Shown: one piece after another, positions 13,120 through 26,910 of the stretch
Layout of the letters: each line of letters starts with the position of its first letter
Numbering within the stretch: the first letter of the stretch is position 1
Program-made: the position numbers and the translations under genes
The notes under the pieces: generated by a model
What the model saw: the letters and a program-made list of their open reading frames with translations, nothing else
The model's database searches: none
Told to the model about the DNA's origin: nothing
From: Mytilus edulis
Lineage: Eukaryota
Assembly (NCBI RefSeq): GCF_963676685.1
Contig: NC_092355.1
Coordinates: forward strand, 39,184,001-39,248,000
Reading direction: 5' to 3'
DNA length: 64,000 nt

Positions 13120-14030
13120 TCCTTTTTGAAGCATCAGTTATTATTGGACATATGTAGATTACGATCTAAACAGATTGTTCCTCATACAGCATATCATGCA
13201 GTATAACAAAAGTTTTTGCGAAATTTAAAAAACAAGGTTTTAGAAAAAATTATAAATATATATTATTTTTTAAGCATGTGACATCAGTTGTAATTGGAAT
13301 ATGTAAATTATGATCGAAACGAACTGTTCCATTTAAGGAATGACTGTAAAAAAATTTGTCTATGAAGAAATAACATAAAAAAATTGGTGCACACTGTAAA
13401 ACGCGCGTAGCGAGTTATTTAACAGTGTGCACCACATTTTTTATGTTATTTCGAATAGACAGAAAAAATATTACAGTCATTTCTTATAATTTAATTCTAA
13501 ATTCCATTTTTAACCGTAGAAAACCACGAAAAAACGGTTGTTGACGTCACGGTCACATGACTAAATTATGTCTATGGGCTCATAACAAATTAACGTCAGC
13601 CAATCAGAAGACGCGTTACATCCAAAATTAAATTATTTAAAGTTAACATGCAGTATAACGAGATGTCATAACAATAGCGAATAAGGTTATACAAAATCTT
13701 ATAAGTAAGTAAGTATATGCATTTTTTAGCATGTTACCTCAGTGTTTATTAGACATATGTAGATTTAGATCAAAACGAATTGCTCCATTTCGAATATAAC
13801 TTACAGAATAACAAAAAATAATAAAAAAATCATGGTTGTAGAAAAACTCATAAGTATTAAATAAATTTAAGGCATGTTATATCAGTTATTATTTGACATA
13901 TGTAGAATACAATCATAACGAAGTGCTTCGCTTATAGCAATGAAGTCTTATCCAAAATCGAAAGTTGTGGAAAACTTGTAGAAACAAGTATTTATATTTA
14001 TCTTTTAACTTGTAATATATCGGTTAGTAT
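13120..14030 (+). repeat. Decayed ~140-150-bp tandem repeat (about 5 monomers)
   Basis: Recurring ATCAGTTATTATTGGACATATGTAGATT-like motif at ~13133, 13282, 13738, 13880 and 14018; paralogous runs at ~19840-20200 and ~31870-32120. Confidence 0.75.
13334..13636 (+). mobile_element. Hairpin-headed non-autonomous element, family H1
   Basis: Long imperfect hairpin 13334-13486 (TAAGGAATGACTGTAA...TTACAGTCATTTCTTA) with a CGCGTAGCG cap, followed by inner IR ATAATTTAATT...AATTAAATTAT; interrupts a tandem-repeat monomer. Confidence 0.8.
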
Positions 14031-14345
14031 GCATTCTGAACTGCGCTGTATACATTAAACGACATTCCACCAGTAGATAGGATATCAAAGAAGGTAATAC
14101 GATTTTATTATTATCATTTTTTTATGCTCATGCTGGCAGAATGTATAAGATATAAAGATTAATTTTGGTTCATTGCCATCACATTATAGTTCATATCTGT
14201 CATGGATCCTCTTTTTTTTATTATTATATATTAACCTAGATATCAAAATTCATAAATACATTGATATGCACATGCTCAAATGCATAATCCGCTTTCACTT
14301 AGAATTGTTACATTTGTTGATGTTATTAAAATGACACTTTAAAAG

Positions 14346-14964
14346 TTGAAAACAAAACTTTACGACAAAAGAGATGATTTCAGCTTTCCAATTGTGAACT
14401 TTCCATTTCTAAGTAGCAACATTCCAGCAGCACCTGCATACGGGGTATATATCTCCCAATTGATACGATATTCCCGTGCTTGCATTTCCTATCATGATTT
14501 TCTTGATAGAGGTTTGCTGCTCACAAGGAAGCTATTAAACCAAGAGTTCCAAATGGTGAAGTTGAAATCATCCCTTCGTAAATTTTACGGACGCCATCAC
14601 GAGTTGGTTGACCGTTATGGAATAACCGTTTCACAAATGATATCGGATATGTTCCTTACGTCGTAACTACAATCCCCTTCCCTTTCATGAATATGACCTA
14701 CCGAATTAGACTATTTACCGGATTTGTAATCACTTAAGCAACACGACGGGTGCCACATGTGGAGCAGGATCTGCTTACCCTTCCGGAGCACCTGAGATCA
14801 CCCCTAGTTTTTGGTGGGGTTCGTGTTGTTTATTCTTTAGTTTTCTATGTTGTGTCGTGTGTACTATTGTTTTTCTGTTTGTCTTTTTGATTTTTAGCCA
14901 TGGCGTTGTCAGTTTGTTTTAGATTTATGAGTTTGACTGTCCCTTTGGTATCTTTCGTCCCTCT
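14346..14964 (+). mobile_element. 5'-truncated Penelope-like (Naiad-type) retroelement: RT C-terminal thumb ORF (14346-14666) plus 3' tail
   Basis: ORF KTKLYDKRDDFSFPIVNFPFLSSNIPAAPAYGVYISQLIRYSRAC is the typical PLE RT C-terminus; flanked by TTTAAAAG direct repeats (14338-45, 14965-72), a candidate TSD; absent from paralogous unit 2. Confidence 0.9.
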
Positions 14965-16260
14965 TTTAAAAGGAAATCTTACGAAGATCAAACAAAGATT
15001 ATTAATTCAAAATCGAAACACCGGGATATACTGTGTAAATAAAAAAAGATCATATCGTATCAAACGCAGCGCAAGGAATTTGAATATAAACAGTTGTAAG
15101 AATAGGAAATGTTGCCAAGGCAATCGTTTGAAGGTCAAAGTTATATTATTGTTTCCGCTGACAGAGTTATGCATATATTTCCTAGCTTTTGTTACCAAAT
15201 TATATATTAATTCAATTATTATAATTTGTTTTGTATAACAACTCATTGTACGAATCTGGAGGTTTTTTTTAAATAATTTACGAAAATAGCAAGACTCATA
15301 ATTAAATAAACAAAAAGATCAAAGACGTTCTTAAAAAGATCCTCTCATAAAGAATAGTTTTACACTAGTACATTTGTTGGCCTTTTACATCTTGCTGTTC
15401 GGTGTGAGCCACGGCTCCGTGTTGCAGACCGTACTTTGACCTATAATTGTTTACTTAAATTTGGAGAGTTGTCTCATTGGTACTCATATCACATTTTCTT
15501 ATATCTACTTAAATCAGAACATTGAATTGAAAAGACGGCAAATGTTTTGGATAAATACAAGACAGTAATATCACATGAAAAACTGCCAAATAATTACTGG
15601 CATGTTGCATTAAGGAATGATAAAGTGCAAAATGTATTACAATGATGGGATTGATTTGTGTACTTATCGGCAAATGAACTGGTACATTGTTGCTATTTAC
15701 GTGAAATCATTCCACCAGCTGATTGTAAAACAATTTTATATTGTACGCAAAGTAATTCACCTGCAAAGAATGCTAATTTAAGTCCAAAATATATAATGAT
15801 GAAGCATAAGGACTTAACAGCAACTATTGCTTTGAAACTTGCGCGTTTCAGTTTGCCACGTTTATACTTTAATTACATGATGTGAATACGGATTACAAAT
15901 AACTCAAAGTTCTACAAATGCTCGTTTATTAATTCACTTTGTATTTTAACTAGCAAATTGCAGTGTATGCGAATGTCTGAAATTGTACGGAAGATACAAT
16001 CAAGTGGGATAAATTTTCTGTAGAAAATCTTGTTGAGGGACAATTGCACAAAACCTTAAGTAAATAATTCTTTTCTGATCAAGGCTTTTCTAAATTATGT
16101 AACATGAGAGCGGATGTAAACCAAAAAAAACAAAGTAACTTTCGAGGCAAGGAATCAATGTTTTGCGTTATGTAGATCTTTTTTAAAGATAGATTTCGAA
16201 AATATATAATAACACAGTTAATTAAAAAAAACTTCAGTATCGTTATGCAAGACCATTAAC

Positions 16261-16560
16261 TTGAAATACCCTCAGGGTCGGATGCATTTATCATTGGAAC
16301 TCATTATAGTAACCGTACCAAATTAAATTTACTGCACCAGATAAGCATTTCGATAATTAATGTCAAGTCAGTTATAATATAGCAATACATACCAAAAGTC
16401 CAAAACCTAATTGAATGTCAGAAAGCTGAAAACCAATCAGTTACACAGAACCGTACAAGAAATAATATCTAGAGCTATTCAACAATGCATGAAAAGTGAA
16501 CAAATTTACTAGTGCATATTTTTTGATAAATTGAGCTGAAACCGTTGACATTTTGGCATA
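16261..16560 (-). repeat. Decayed retrozyme array in unit 1
   Basis: Hammerhead remnant at 16333-16375 (minus: CTGACTT GAC..ATC GAAA TGCTTA TC TGGTGCA). Confidence 0.65.
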
Positions 16561-18494
16561 ATCAAATTCTTCATAGATTTCTTTCTACTTAATTACAACT
16601 GTTATATTTCTCTTATCCTCAGCATCACGTTGCTATATTTACCTTTGGTGTTGTTTTTTTTGTTTTTTTTGTTTTTTTTGTACACAACTTAAAGTCGTGG
16701 AAACGGTACCTACTGATTATGATTAATATATCATTCAGTGGATGTTATATTGCAAGACAAAATTTATTACATCATCAAAACAAAAATTTCAAGTCACAAT
16801 ATGGAATACTTCCTTACATAACACGATTCCCCCTCTTTAGTTTACATATTTTTAGTCTTATTGCATTTACATCTACATGGTCTTCCTCACGTACAAATGT
16901 TTTGTGGTGGTTTAAATTTCATGCTGAAATCATAAACTCTAATTTACATGTTTATTCATGCATTGATAAAATTTCTAATTACAACAAAAAACTTGGGATC
17001 AAAATAAAGCTGCAGAATGTTATTCATTGATAACATGGTGAAAGAAAAATGAGCTTGAAAGTCAAAAAATAAGTATCAAATACACATTCTTCAGACACAG
17101 CACAATGAATACCTTACACGTATATCATTTCAGTTGTTGATAGGTAAATTCATTTGTATTATAAGAAAAACAAAAACAGATATATATACCTACAGATTAA
17201 AAAGAAGACTTGTAAATCAAGATATGTGTTACTTCATAGAATTCGATACGTAACAGAAATGGCAGCAGTTTGCTTGATTTCCATTCAATACGCGCATGCA
17301 TTTCAGTGAAAAGATTTAAATAAACCATCATGATTCAGGAAGGTAATACGATTTGCAATATTATCTTCATTTATATAGTTTTGATGGCAGAATTTATGAG
17401 TAATGATAGAATTAGTTTGGTTCATTGCCATTAAGAGAGAGGTACATATCTGTCAAAAATCTTTACAAATTAAACTTACATCATACCAAAATTCAATAAT
17501 GTAATTCATCCCTGATGCTTTGCATTGCTTAGCGTCCAGTGGAAAATACTTCATATCGGTTTAGGAAAACGGAAATTTAAAGTATATCTCGATTATTCAA
17601 TTAAATGATGAACGAAGTATTAATGAGATATATATTTTAAGAATAGGAAATGTTGCTTAGGCGTTCGTTAGAAGGTCGACTTTTTTATAATTGTTTCCGC
17701 TGGCAGAGATATAAATAGAAACCCTATATTCTATTACCAAATCATTATATTATTAAATCTTCACAATGAGTATGCAATACAACTCTTTATATGATAATGA
17801 GAGGGTATTTCTTTCCAAATTATCGAAATATCCAGACTCAAAACAAAATTCACAGCAAGATTAAAGACTTTTTAAAATCAATCTTTGAACAGAACATCGA
17901 ATTGAACATACGGAAAGAAACTGGAAAAATACAAGCCATTTTTTTCAAACAGATAACTGCCAAAAAAGTTATAAGCATGTTGCATTAAGGAGTGATAAAG
18001 TGCAAAATACATTACAGTGATCTGATTGATTTTTGTACTTATCGACAAATGATCTGTTACATTGTTGCTATTTATGTGCAATCATTCCACCAGCTGATCG
18101 GAAAACAAATGTATGTTGTACACAATGCAATTCACCTAGAAAGAATGCTGATTTTCATCCAGAACAAAATATGACGGATCATAAGGACTCAATAGTGACC
18201 GTTGTGCAAATAGAAAAATGCGTATTTCAGTTGAGCATGATTATAATTTGAATAATTAATTTGAATATTGATTACAAACAATTTAAAGTTCTACAAATGG
18301 TCGTATTTTAACTTACATTTGGTTTTAGATAGAAAATTGTGTTGCATTTGGACTGCCTAAAATTGTAGGAAAGAAATCACCAAATGTGATAAATTTTCTG
18401 TAAATTTTTTTGTATAAGATCAACTGCTTAAACACTTTGAGTAAATCATCCGTTTATGATCATGGCTTTCTAAAATATTGTTTAAGGAGGGCTG

Positions 18495-18830
18495 ATGAAA
18501 CCCATAGAGAACCAAGGAAAATCTGAATCTAGGCAAGGAATCCAGGTTTGCATAATGGAGATCCACCTTATTTTATTATATCATTATGCCAGTACCGAAT
18601 ACAGATCTCTGCGCTTGGTATACCCACAAGGACAGAAGTATCTACCAGTGATAGTAATAATTTTAACGGTACCAAATTTACTGCCCCAGATACGCAGTGA
18701 TAATATAACGAAAGTAGGTAAAGTTCAAAACCAACTAAAATGTAAAAGAGCAGGCAAAACCAATAAGGAATACAATAATATCTTACACGTACAAGGAATT
18801 ATATCTAGAACTATGAATTGATGCTTAAAA
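18495..18830 (-). repeat. Decayed retrozyme array in unit 2 (hammerhead core deleted)
   Basis: CCAGTGATAGTAATAATTTTAACGGTACCAAATTTACTGCCCCAGATACGCA|GTGAT is colinear with the copies at 16310, 23845 and 33357. Confidence 0.65.
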
Positions 18831-20613
18831 TGTGAACAATTTAACTGACGCATTACATTTAATAACCAGTGCTGAAAACATTGAAATTTTGACTTAAACA
18901 CATTTTTTATATAAATAGTAAAATCGCAAAAATTCTGAGCTCAAAGGAAAATTCAAAACAGAAAGTCCCTAATCAAATAGCAATACAAAAAGCTCAAACA
19001 CATCAAACGAATGGATAACAACTGTCATAATCCTGACTTGGTACAGGCATTTTCTTATGTATAAAATGGTTGATTGAACCTGGTTTTGAATCTAACTGAA
19101 CCTCTAATTTGTATGTTGATTCTACTCAATTACTTTTGATATATGTCACTCAACCTCGCTATCACGTGTTTACATTTTCATCTGGTATTCTTTTTTTCTA
19201 CCGTTTTTGACTTTCGTCATTTTACCTCTAATTCGTGTTTTTTTTAATTAAACAAAACGCAAACAATTGCACACTGGAACTTCTGATTACAAATGATATG
19301 TCATTCCTTTGAGATTGTATTGCAAGACAATAATTATTGCATCCGCAACAGTTGCTTTCAAGGAAATATAAATTTAATATTCTTACATTACAAAACTCTG
19401 TTTTTCACATTTTTTTAGTACTATTGCACTTACATCTACATGCACATCCTCACGTACAACAGTTTCGATGTGGTTTAAATTACATGTAAATACTATAAAC
19501 TCTAATCTATTTACGCATAAATAAAATTTCTCATTGAAACCATAAACAAGGAATCAAATTCACCCAAAAATAAAGCAGCAGGATATAATGCATGGTTAGC
19601 ATACTGAAAGAAAAACGATCTTCAAGGTCAAAAGATCCGTATCAAATACACGATTTAAGTTTCCAAGCCAATAAGTATTTTGATGTTTTCAGTAATGCCA
19701 TTACTGTGACTTGGTGGGTATCTAAATGTTTAAGCGCAAGCTACTTATGTAATAATTGCTAGTACTTTTAGATTTTTAATAATCAGTGATGCGATCACTG
19801 ACAGATCTTTTTTACTTTTAAAATGATAAACATCTAATAAACACTTATTGTACACATGTAGATTTATATCAAAATGAAATGCTCCACTTACAGTATAACA
19901 AGCTAAATAAAGAATTATTATGCAAAAACATCAAGGCTGTAAACACTTCAATACATGTATTCATCTTAAAACAGTGATATCAGTTATTATTGGACATCAT
20001 ATTGGATTGCTATCGTACATTGCTCCACTTATAGTACAACATGAAATGTAATATAGTTATTATTATTATAGGACATCATGTAGATTGAGATAAAAAACTT
20101 ATTATATTACATGCAATGACGTTTCTACAACAAATTCAAGGTTGTTAATAAAAGATCACTGGGAGTTATTTTCATCTTTAAACATTTCATCTCAGTTATT
20201 ATGTATATTTTAAGCTTCTCTATATCATTTAACTAATATATATGATATTTATCTTAGGTATAATCTTTTTTTCCTTTTATTTTCATGCTGGCAGAATGAA
20301 TGAGTGGTGTATTTTTTTGTGGTTCATTGCCATCACAGTATATTTACAAATTTTTCATATAAATCACGCAAGTAGTAACCACAAATATATGAACGCTATC
20401 ATATGACTATGTCGTACTGTTTAATCTACTATCATATAGCATTGTTAGATTTATGACTGTTGTTGCCTAACGTCCAATGGTGAATATTCCATGCATGTTC
20501 TTGATAACAAAAAAGAAAATATACCTGAACTATTTTAACAATTGATAATGAACGAATAACGAGATGCTGCTATTCAACATTGAAGAACAGCTAAACTTTA
20601 TTGTTTAATAAAA

Positions 20614-20790
20614 GACGTCCATTATCACTGTACTAGTATATATATTTTTAGGGGCCAGCTGAAGGACACCTACGGGTGCGGGAATTGTCGCTACATTGAA
20701 GACTCATTGGTGGCCTTCGGCTGTTGTCTGCATCGATGGTCGAGTTGTTGTCGCTTTGACACATTCCCCATTTCCTTTCTCAATTTTATA
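20614..20790 (+). repeat. Interspersed repeat family C (…CACATTCCCCATTTCCTTTCTCAATTTTAT tail)
   Basis: Copies at 37578-37781 (+) and 63640-63890 (-); fragments at ~42480-42545 and ~53105-53238. Confidence 0.8.
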
Positions 20791-20799
20791 CTAACTGTA

Positions 20800-21196
20800 A
20801 GCCGATACCGAAACCGAAAATAGTTGTGATTCATAGGTTAATGGTAAATGTTTATGATATGTTAATTATCTCAACTTTTTAACTCCATTATATTCTTTAA
20901 CATTTGAATACACTAGATGGTTTATAACATCAATTCACACGAATCTATCAACAAAGAAAAGTTAAATTCAACCATTAATAAAGACACTAAATGCAAGTAA
21001 TATACAATTTAAGATGTTGATACTCATTGAATTTTACTTGGCTTTATTCATAGATTAATTTTAATTGATGATTTGAAGTAATACTCCATCTAGTATATTC
21101 AAATTTCAAATAATATAATGGAACAAAAAGGTTGAGTTAATCAAATATTAAAAACATTTACCATTTACCACTCTTCTATTTTTGGTTTCGGTTTTC
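20800..21196. mobile_element. Foldback element with long imperfect TIRs
   Basis: CCGAAACCGAAAATAG..AATGGTAAATGTTT..CCATTATATT..CTAGATGG is mirrored by CCATCTAG..AATATAATGG..AAACATTTACCATT..CTATTTTTGGTTTCGG. Confidence 0.7.
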
Positions 21197-21943
21197 TACT
21201 AGGGATTTAAGAGATAACTGTATTGTATTTGAAGCTTTAAGGACGTCCATCAGTAGTTTTACTGTCGTAAACTTAGTTTAACTGGTGACGCATAGCAGAG
21301 ACAGGTAAACGGGTATTTGCGACAGTAAAACTACCGATGGACGTCCGCAAATCTTCGAATACAATACAGTTATCTCTATTCTAATGCAAAACAAGTTCAT
21401 AATTAAATTTCAATCAATATTTCAGTTTAAAATCTTCAAAAGAAAATTCCGCGAAAAGATGTTATCTTCTTTGGTCCCTACACTAGGTAACGTCATAAGT
21501 ATGCTGCCGGCGTCAAACATAAACACCGGGGGTATTCTGGTCTCTGTGCCGCTTCAGAATGTAATAAAATCTGATACAGATTTGTAGGTGCAACATGTGA
21601 GTTTTTTGGCTTAGTATCGTAGAAATTACATGTCAATACATTCAGCAATACAACATGTCGGCTTCCTTAGTTACAGACAAGGAGATAGAGAATTTTACGC
21701 TAACTGTCATCCAATCAGAACCATTGATACAAAATAATTGCATTAGAATTATTTATTTTCGTGGACACCAATTTTCGTGAATTGAGATAAATGTGCATTT
21801 TCGTGGATATTAGACTTCGTGGTTTTGAAAAAGTCTGCATACATTCCTTTAGAAAATTTGACTTATATTTGATTTCGTGAATCCTCTGTGCCAACGAAAT
21901 CCACGAAAATTGGTATTCAACGAATATTTATGAATTCACAGTA
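21197..21943. mobile_element. MITE of the 2038 family, split by a hairpin-headed element
   Basis: Left end TACTAGGGATT at 21197; remainder 21749-21943 ends TGAATTCACAGTA. Confidence 0.75.
21209..21748 (+). mobile_element. Hairpin-headed non-autonomous element, family H2
   Basis: Hairpin 21209-21377 (AGAGATAACTGTATTGTATT...AATACAATACAGTTATCTCT) with cap GCATAGC and inner IR ATTCTAATGC...GCATTAGAAT; second copy at 38559-39104. Confidence 0.85.
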
Positions 21944-23499
21944 TTTCGATTTCCGTATCCGGTTATGGTGAACATGTCTATTAAAAGATCAAAACATAGA
22001 AGAACAAGAAACAAAGTACCATGACGCAAAGCGATGCATTCTTAAATATAAAGACCATATAGACTAAAGATCCAGGGGCAAACAAAGTGTAAGTCCATAC
22101 TAGACAAGTATATTGCAAACTATATTTTTAGAATCAAGATTTGTTAAAATCATTAGAGCAAGACATACATTTCGTATTATACTTTCAACTTGTAGCATAT
22201 TAATCTAATGTAAGTAAAAATTCATAATATCTAATAAAATTTGTAGATTTAGCTAACAAAGTCCTTATATTTGTATAAAGTAACATTCGTTTATAGTGGA
22301 AAATTGTTTTAACGTTAAATAAGCTACAATTAAAAATTGCTTGCTAGTCCCTCTCTGTGATTAATATTAGATAACTCTGGTTAATTTCCCAATCAATCTA
22401 TCATGAAGGGGAGATAATTATTAAGACTTTCATTTTTAGTTTTTTTCTAAATACGATATACATACAGAATCGCTAGCTTCAATAGCAAAACATTTGTATT
22501 ATTAAGTTATTGTACATTGCTGTACATAACAACTAATTTTATGACAATAACAGTGTATTTTTTTCTTTCATATGACCAAAATGTCAAAACTGAAACGTCA
22601 CAAACTGATCAAAGATATATATTTATAGCAATATAACACTTAACACAGATTAAACGGGAAATTAACTGAATAATCGCATGCCAAAATATTCCAACGAAAA
22701 ACTGCCAAATATGCATGTGGCATTAAGGAATTATAAAGTGCAGAATGTATAAAAAGGATCTGATTAATGTGTGTACCTATAGTCAAATGAACTGTTTCAT
22801 TGTTGCTATTTACGTGTATAATCTTTCCATCAGCTGTTTTTCATATTGATATATATACGTTGTACACAACGTAAGGAATGCGGATTTAGCTTGAGAACAT
22901 ACAATCGTGAAACATAAGAACTGAATAGTGACTATTGTTTAGAACACTGTGTACATGTGTTTGTTACATAACTATGAATATACGAATACACTTGTTAAGT
23001 TATAGTTTTACTTTTGCTCGTGTATAATAGCTACATTTTATTTCAGTATATAAATTATTTTGCATTTAGAGCGCCTGTAATTCTAAACATAAAATGAGAT
23101 ACCAACATGTGTTCAATATTTTTATAAAAAATCATGTATAGGGCATCTATTTCAAAACTAATATTAATAAGTATTAATATATATTTATACAGTACCGTGT
23201 TGAAGACAGTACTTTGACTTATAATGGCTTACTTTTATAAATTGGGATTTGGATGGACAGTTGTCTCATTGACACTCATACCAAATCTTCTTATATCCAT
23301 TGACGTAGATCAAGCTCGGTCGTAAATGAAAGAAAACAGAATTGATGTAATGAAATAAAAAGATGCATTGCTGTATACGACCTTGATTTTCTTATCTGAA
23401 TTGTGTACATTTATTTTTAAAACTATCTAGACAGCAAGATTTCCTGCTCTCAAACAACCATGCCAATCTAAACCAAGTATAAATCGTCACATGCGTTGC

Positions 23500-23645
23500 A
23501 AAAGAGGGACGAAAGATACCAAAGGGACAGTCAAACTCATAAATCTAAAACAAACTGACAACGCCATGGCTAAAAATGAAAAAGACAAACAGAAAAACAA
23601 TAGTACACATGACACAACATAGAAAACTAAAGAATAAACAACACG
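23500..23645 (-). mobile_element. Penelope-like element 3' tail fragment
   Basis: Reverse complement of 14820-14967; absent from unit 4. Similar tails at 53413-53610 and ~2670-2790. Confidence 0.85.
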
Positions 23646-23839
23646 ATATATGCTTGTCCTGTATTAATGCCTTTGGTCAAATCCCCTTTAATTATAATAC
23701 GATAGTGATTATGTAATTTCTCATTATGTTTCTGCAAAAAAACAAAAATAGAATCACGAGTTCAAACTAGAATCGGCATTCGTAATCAAATTCCATAAAA
23801 TTTTCAATAAATAACATTCATGTTTTTATAACTTAGGAC

Positions 23840-24420
23840 AATGTTAATGGTGCCAATTGCACAGCACAAATTGCACATTCCGACAATAAAAATGTTCGAT
23901 GTAGTGCGAGATTAAAATATTTCAAGTTCAAAATCATTATAGAACCTTGAAGAGCTGAAAAATCCGAAAAAGGACCAAAAGTAAATATGAAATTCGAAAA
24001 GGAATCAGAGCTATTTATGACAGAAAGGCATTCTTAGAAAAACTGATTTCCACATTTTCCAGCAAATCCACATCAAAACAATAACCTCATTGTCTCAAGT
24101 ACCGAACATTGCCTTATTGAAATTGAAGAAACCTAGGTTATCCAGCAGATAAATCGACCCAGTTGTAGAAATAACCTTACAGCTAAAAAAAAAATACTGT
24201 ACCAAATGTGCACTTTAGATAGTTATGTCTTTTCAGTGATGACCAAGGCAAACAAAAAGAGAGGCTAAAACATCATTTAAATGTTGCAGAGCTGATAAAA
24301 TAAAGCAGGACCATGAGAAATCAGTAAACGGACAAGAAATAAAGCTATACATTAATATAAAACTACAAATATTTCAGATATACCATTTTACCAAGTAAGC
24401 TGAAAGTTAAATAACCTAGG
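23840..24420 (-). repeat. Decayed tandem retrozyme dimer (~330-nt period) in unit 3
   Basis: Two hammerhead remnants at ~23865-23905 and 24197-24243 (minus: CATCA CTGAAAA GAC..ATC TAAA GTGCAC ATT TGGTA); GAAGAGCTG/GCAGAGCTG recurs once per monomer. Confidence 0.7.
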
Positions 24421-25359
24421 CTGACAAGTCTTTTAAACCTTTCCTTATATAATTTTTTTATACCATTTCTCTCTGAATCATATCAAACATTAAACAGTTC
24501 ACGTTTTTTGAACATCACGTTTTCACCTATCCCTTTTGGTGTTCTTATTTTGCCGTTATTTTTATATTCTGTTTCCTTTGATTCGTGTTGATGTAATTTT
24601 TTTAGTTGTCTCTCGAACTTTTTTTATGATTGTACTCAAAGCACCGGATGCCATAATCTTCTGACTAAAAACGGCATTTAATGGACTGGAAATTATAAAT
24701 ATAACTATATCCTAAACCAAAAGTTGTTTGATGTGACAATATAAACAATATTAACAGATAAATTATAACATCAAAAGATTCTAGAGTCTTATTATGTAAG
24801 AAATATTCGTTTTATTTATTTATTTTTTTTTTTTTTTAGAAATATCCGTTAATATCGATTATTGTCAGACTTTTCCCAAATACTGCAAATTGATATACAG
24901 CGTTTTCATTTACATATGAATTCTCACGTTCAAGGATTCATGGTGATTTATATTGCATGTTTTAACAATAATCAATAATTTATTGACGTTCGGATGAAAT
25001 GTTCCAAAACAACCCTAAACATGTAAAAACATTTACACAAAAACAGAGTTCAAGAATATAATTTATCGTTAGCATGCTGTAAGAAAAATGATTTTCAAAT
25101 TATCAGATTTGTAGCAAATACACATCCCCTTAACATATTTGAGGTAACACCGTGAGTGTTTTATAACATCAAGTAGTTTGAAGCAAACTTCAACGTATAT
25201 CGTTTCATTAGTTAAATGAATGAGGATATAGAATAGATACGCAGCAAGGAGCGAAAACACAAAAAGCGATATTTCAACTCGAATATAACTTGCCATGGTA
25301 CTCAATGAAATTCGACCAACAGACAACATTATATAACATAGTCAATTAAAGAATGTCCA

Positions 25360-26330
25360 ACAACAAAAAATCGGGGTTGATATGAGGTGCTTCCTTTGAG
25401 ACATCCGTAATGTTGATCATAGAAGTACAAATCTGGTGATACGTCTGATTAGTCAGGTTACATCCGAACAACCCTATATCACGGACCTCATCATTGGAAA
25501 TTCCAGCTCTGGAATATTGTATCAACTTGGACACTGCACATGCAGAAACTCTCGAATTTCGTAAAATAGATATAGAAAATTCACAATTAAGAAGTTAAAC
25601 TTATCTATTTTTGTCGAAAAGTGTTGTTATTAACCAACCCTCATTGTCAACTCCTACATGTCAGTCAGGATATGAGGCTGACATAACTCTATCTGTTGTA
25701 CCCTTCATTTCAATTTTGAAAGGATAGATTCATTAAAAAATTCACTACACTTTGAAATATAAATGTGATGATATCTTGTCAAGTTAAGGATAATTTTATC
25801 TTCTGTTAATTCTTTCTATATTAAGTTATTCTCCTACGTAAAACATTTGTAAAAGGAAACAAGTCGACAAGGAGGGGAACGCATGCTGTTTTCCCGGGAA
25901 TGCCGCTTGTGTGTTGTAAAAAATGTCTTCAAAATATAGCAAGTATGTTTGCGATCAAGAAATATTGATAATATCTGTTTCAAAGCATGATTTGAATAAA
26001 TTATAGTAATACTAAGTACAATTCATCGGTCCTTAAAACTAAAATGTATGTATCTTAGTTGACCATTAGTTTTGTTTATACATAGAGGAACAGATTCTTT
26101 ATTTTATCTTTTAGTTTAAAAATAGGAAATTCTTCTGAAGGGCGTATAAAAATCATGAGTTTTTACTACTGCAAGAGGCAAGAAACTATAACGTATCCAT
26201 ATATGAATCAAGCGTCCCTTGAGAAGGGAGTTTCACAATAAATTTGAACTCGACTTTCGTTGCTGATCAATTGATTTCGATATTTCAGAAAGTGATTGCG
26301 TAGAGCACCTGGAAGCTAATATATATATAT
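25360..26330 (-). pseudogene. Heavily decayed Penelope-like reverse transcriptase
   Basis: The minus strand near 25860-25905 reads GIPGKTACVPLLVDLF (RT GIPMG..CAPLLADLF motif), with DNEG-like sequence near 25640 and a 3' tail similar to 14346-14830; paralog at ~36260-38160. Confidence 0.75.
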
Positions 26331-26910
26331 ATAATGGTATTTAAATACGAAGGAGTGATTAGAAAATTGGTTATGTGTAAGTTCTTGGAATGTTATACGT
26401 AACAAAGTATGAATGCTGAATTGTTTCAACGTGTGAAGGAATTTACGGTAACTGATTTGAATCAGCCATCAAGATTCAATAGTTCTTATCTACAATTTCT
26501 TGTGAAAGCTATATCATAAAACAGGTATCCATTCATGAATATTTACAAATTGAAACGTGTATTTGCGAAGATATTTAAATATAGAAAAACTGAATCAACA
26601 ATCATCTTCTCATACTTTTGACTAACATTTACTATAAATATTACACATTCATTTGAAATTTACAATTACTAAAAGACTATTTTTCGTAATTAATCTAGCT
26701 AAAAGGGAAGCAAATGAACCCAAAGAGACATTCAATCTCATAATTTGAAAATAAAGAAGCGATTGCATGGCAACCTTTCTAGTTGTATGTGATTCAATGT
26801 AAATATTTGTTTAAGAAATATATAGAAACCAAAGTGTAAAGAATATACATGTAGTGTCAATTTCCATTATTTAAAAAATTTCTTACTATGACAGTTTTAC
26901 AAAATGCACA

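Larger units (their letters stand above)
13120..19650 (+). repeat. Tandem segmental duplication units 1 (~13120-17100) and 2 (~17330-19650)
   Basis: Colinear anchors: GAAGGTAATACGATT (14090/17339), AAGAATAGGAAATGTTGC (15098/17639), GCATGTTGCATTAAGGA (15600/17975), retrozyme remnant (16270/18590), TTGCAAGACA (16750/19320), CTCACGTACAA (16887/19449), GTATCAAATACAC (17073/19640). Confidence 0.85.

Noticed and set aside
13120-14030. Regularly spaced motif as a CRISPR-like or snoRNA array
   Set aside because: The intervening sequences are homologous to each other, the repeats are degenerate, and no C/D or H/ACA boxes are consistently placed; this is a decayed satellite.
15658-18251. Paralogous Cys-containing ORFs (MYLSANELVHCCY.. 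/ MYLSTNDLLHCCY..) as a peptide family
   Set aside because: The similarity follows from the DNA duplication. The starts are non-ATG, there is no signal peptide, the changes are non-synonymous, and the copies in units 3 and 4 are frameshifted.
19420-19445. TATTGCACTT miR-92-like seed (also AAGTGC seeds at ~15624 and 13921)
   Set aside because: No precursor hairpin is present and the seed is not preserved in all paralogs (16859 reads TATTGCATT).
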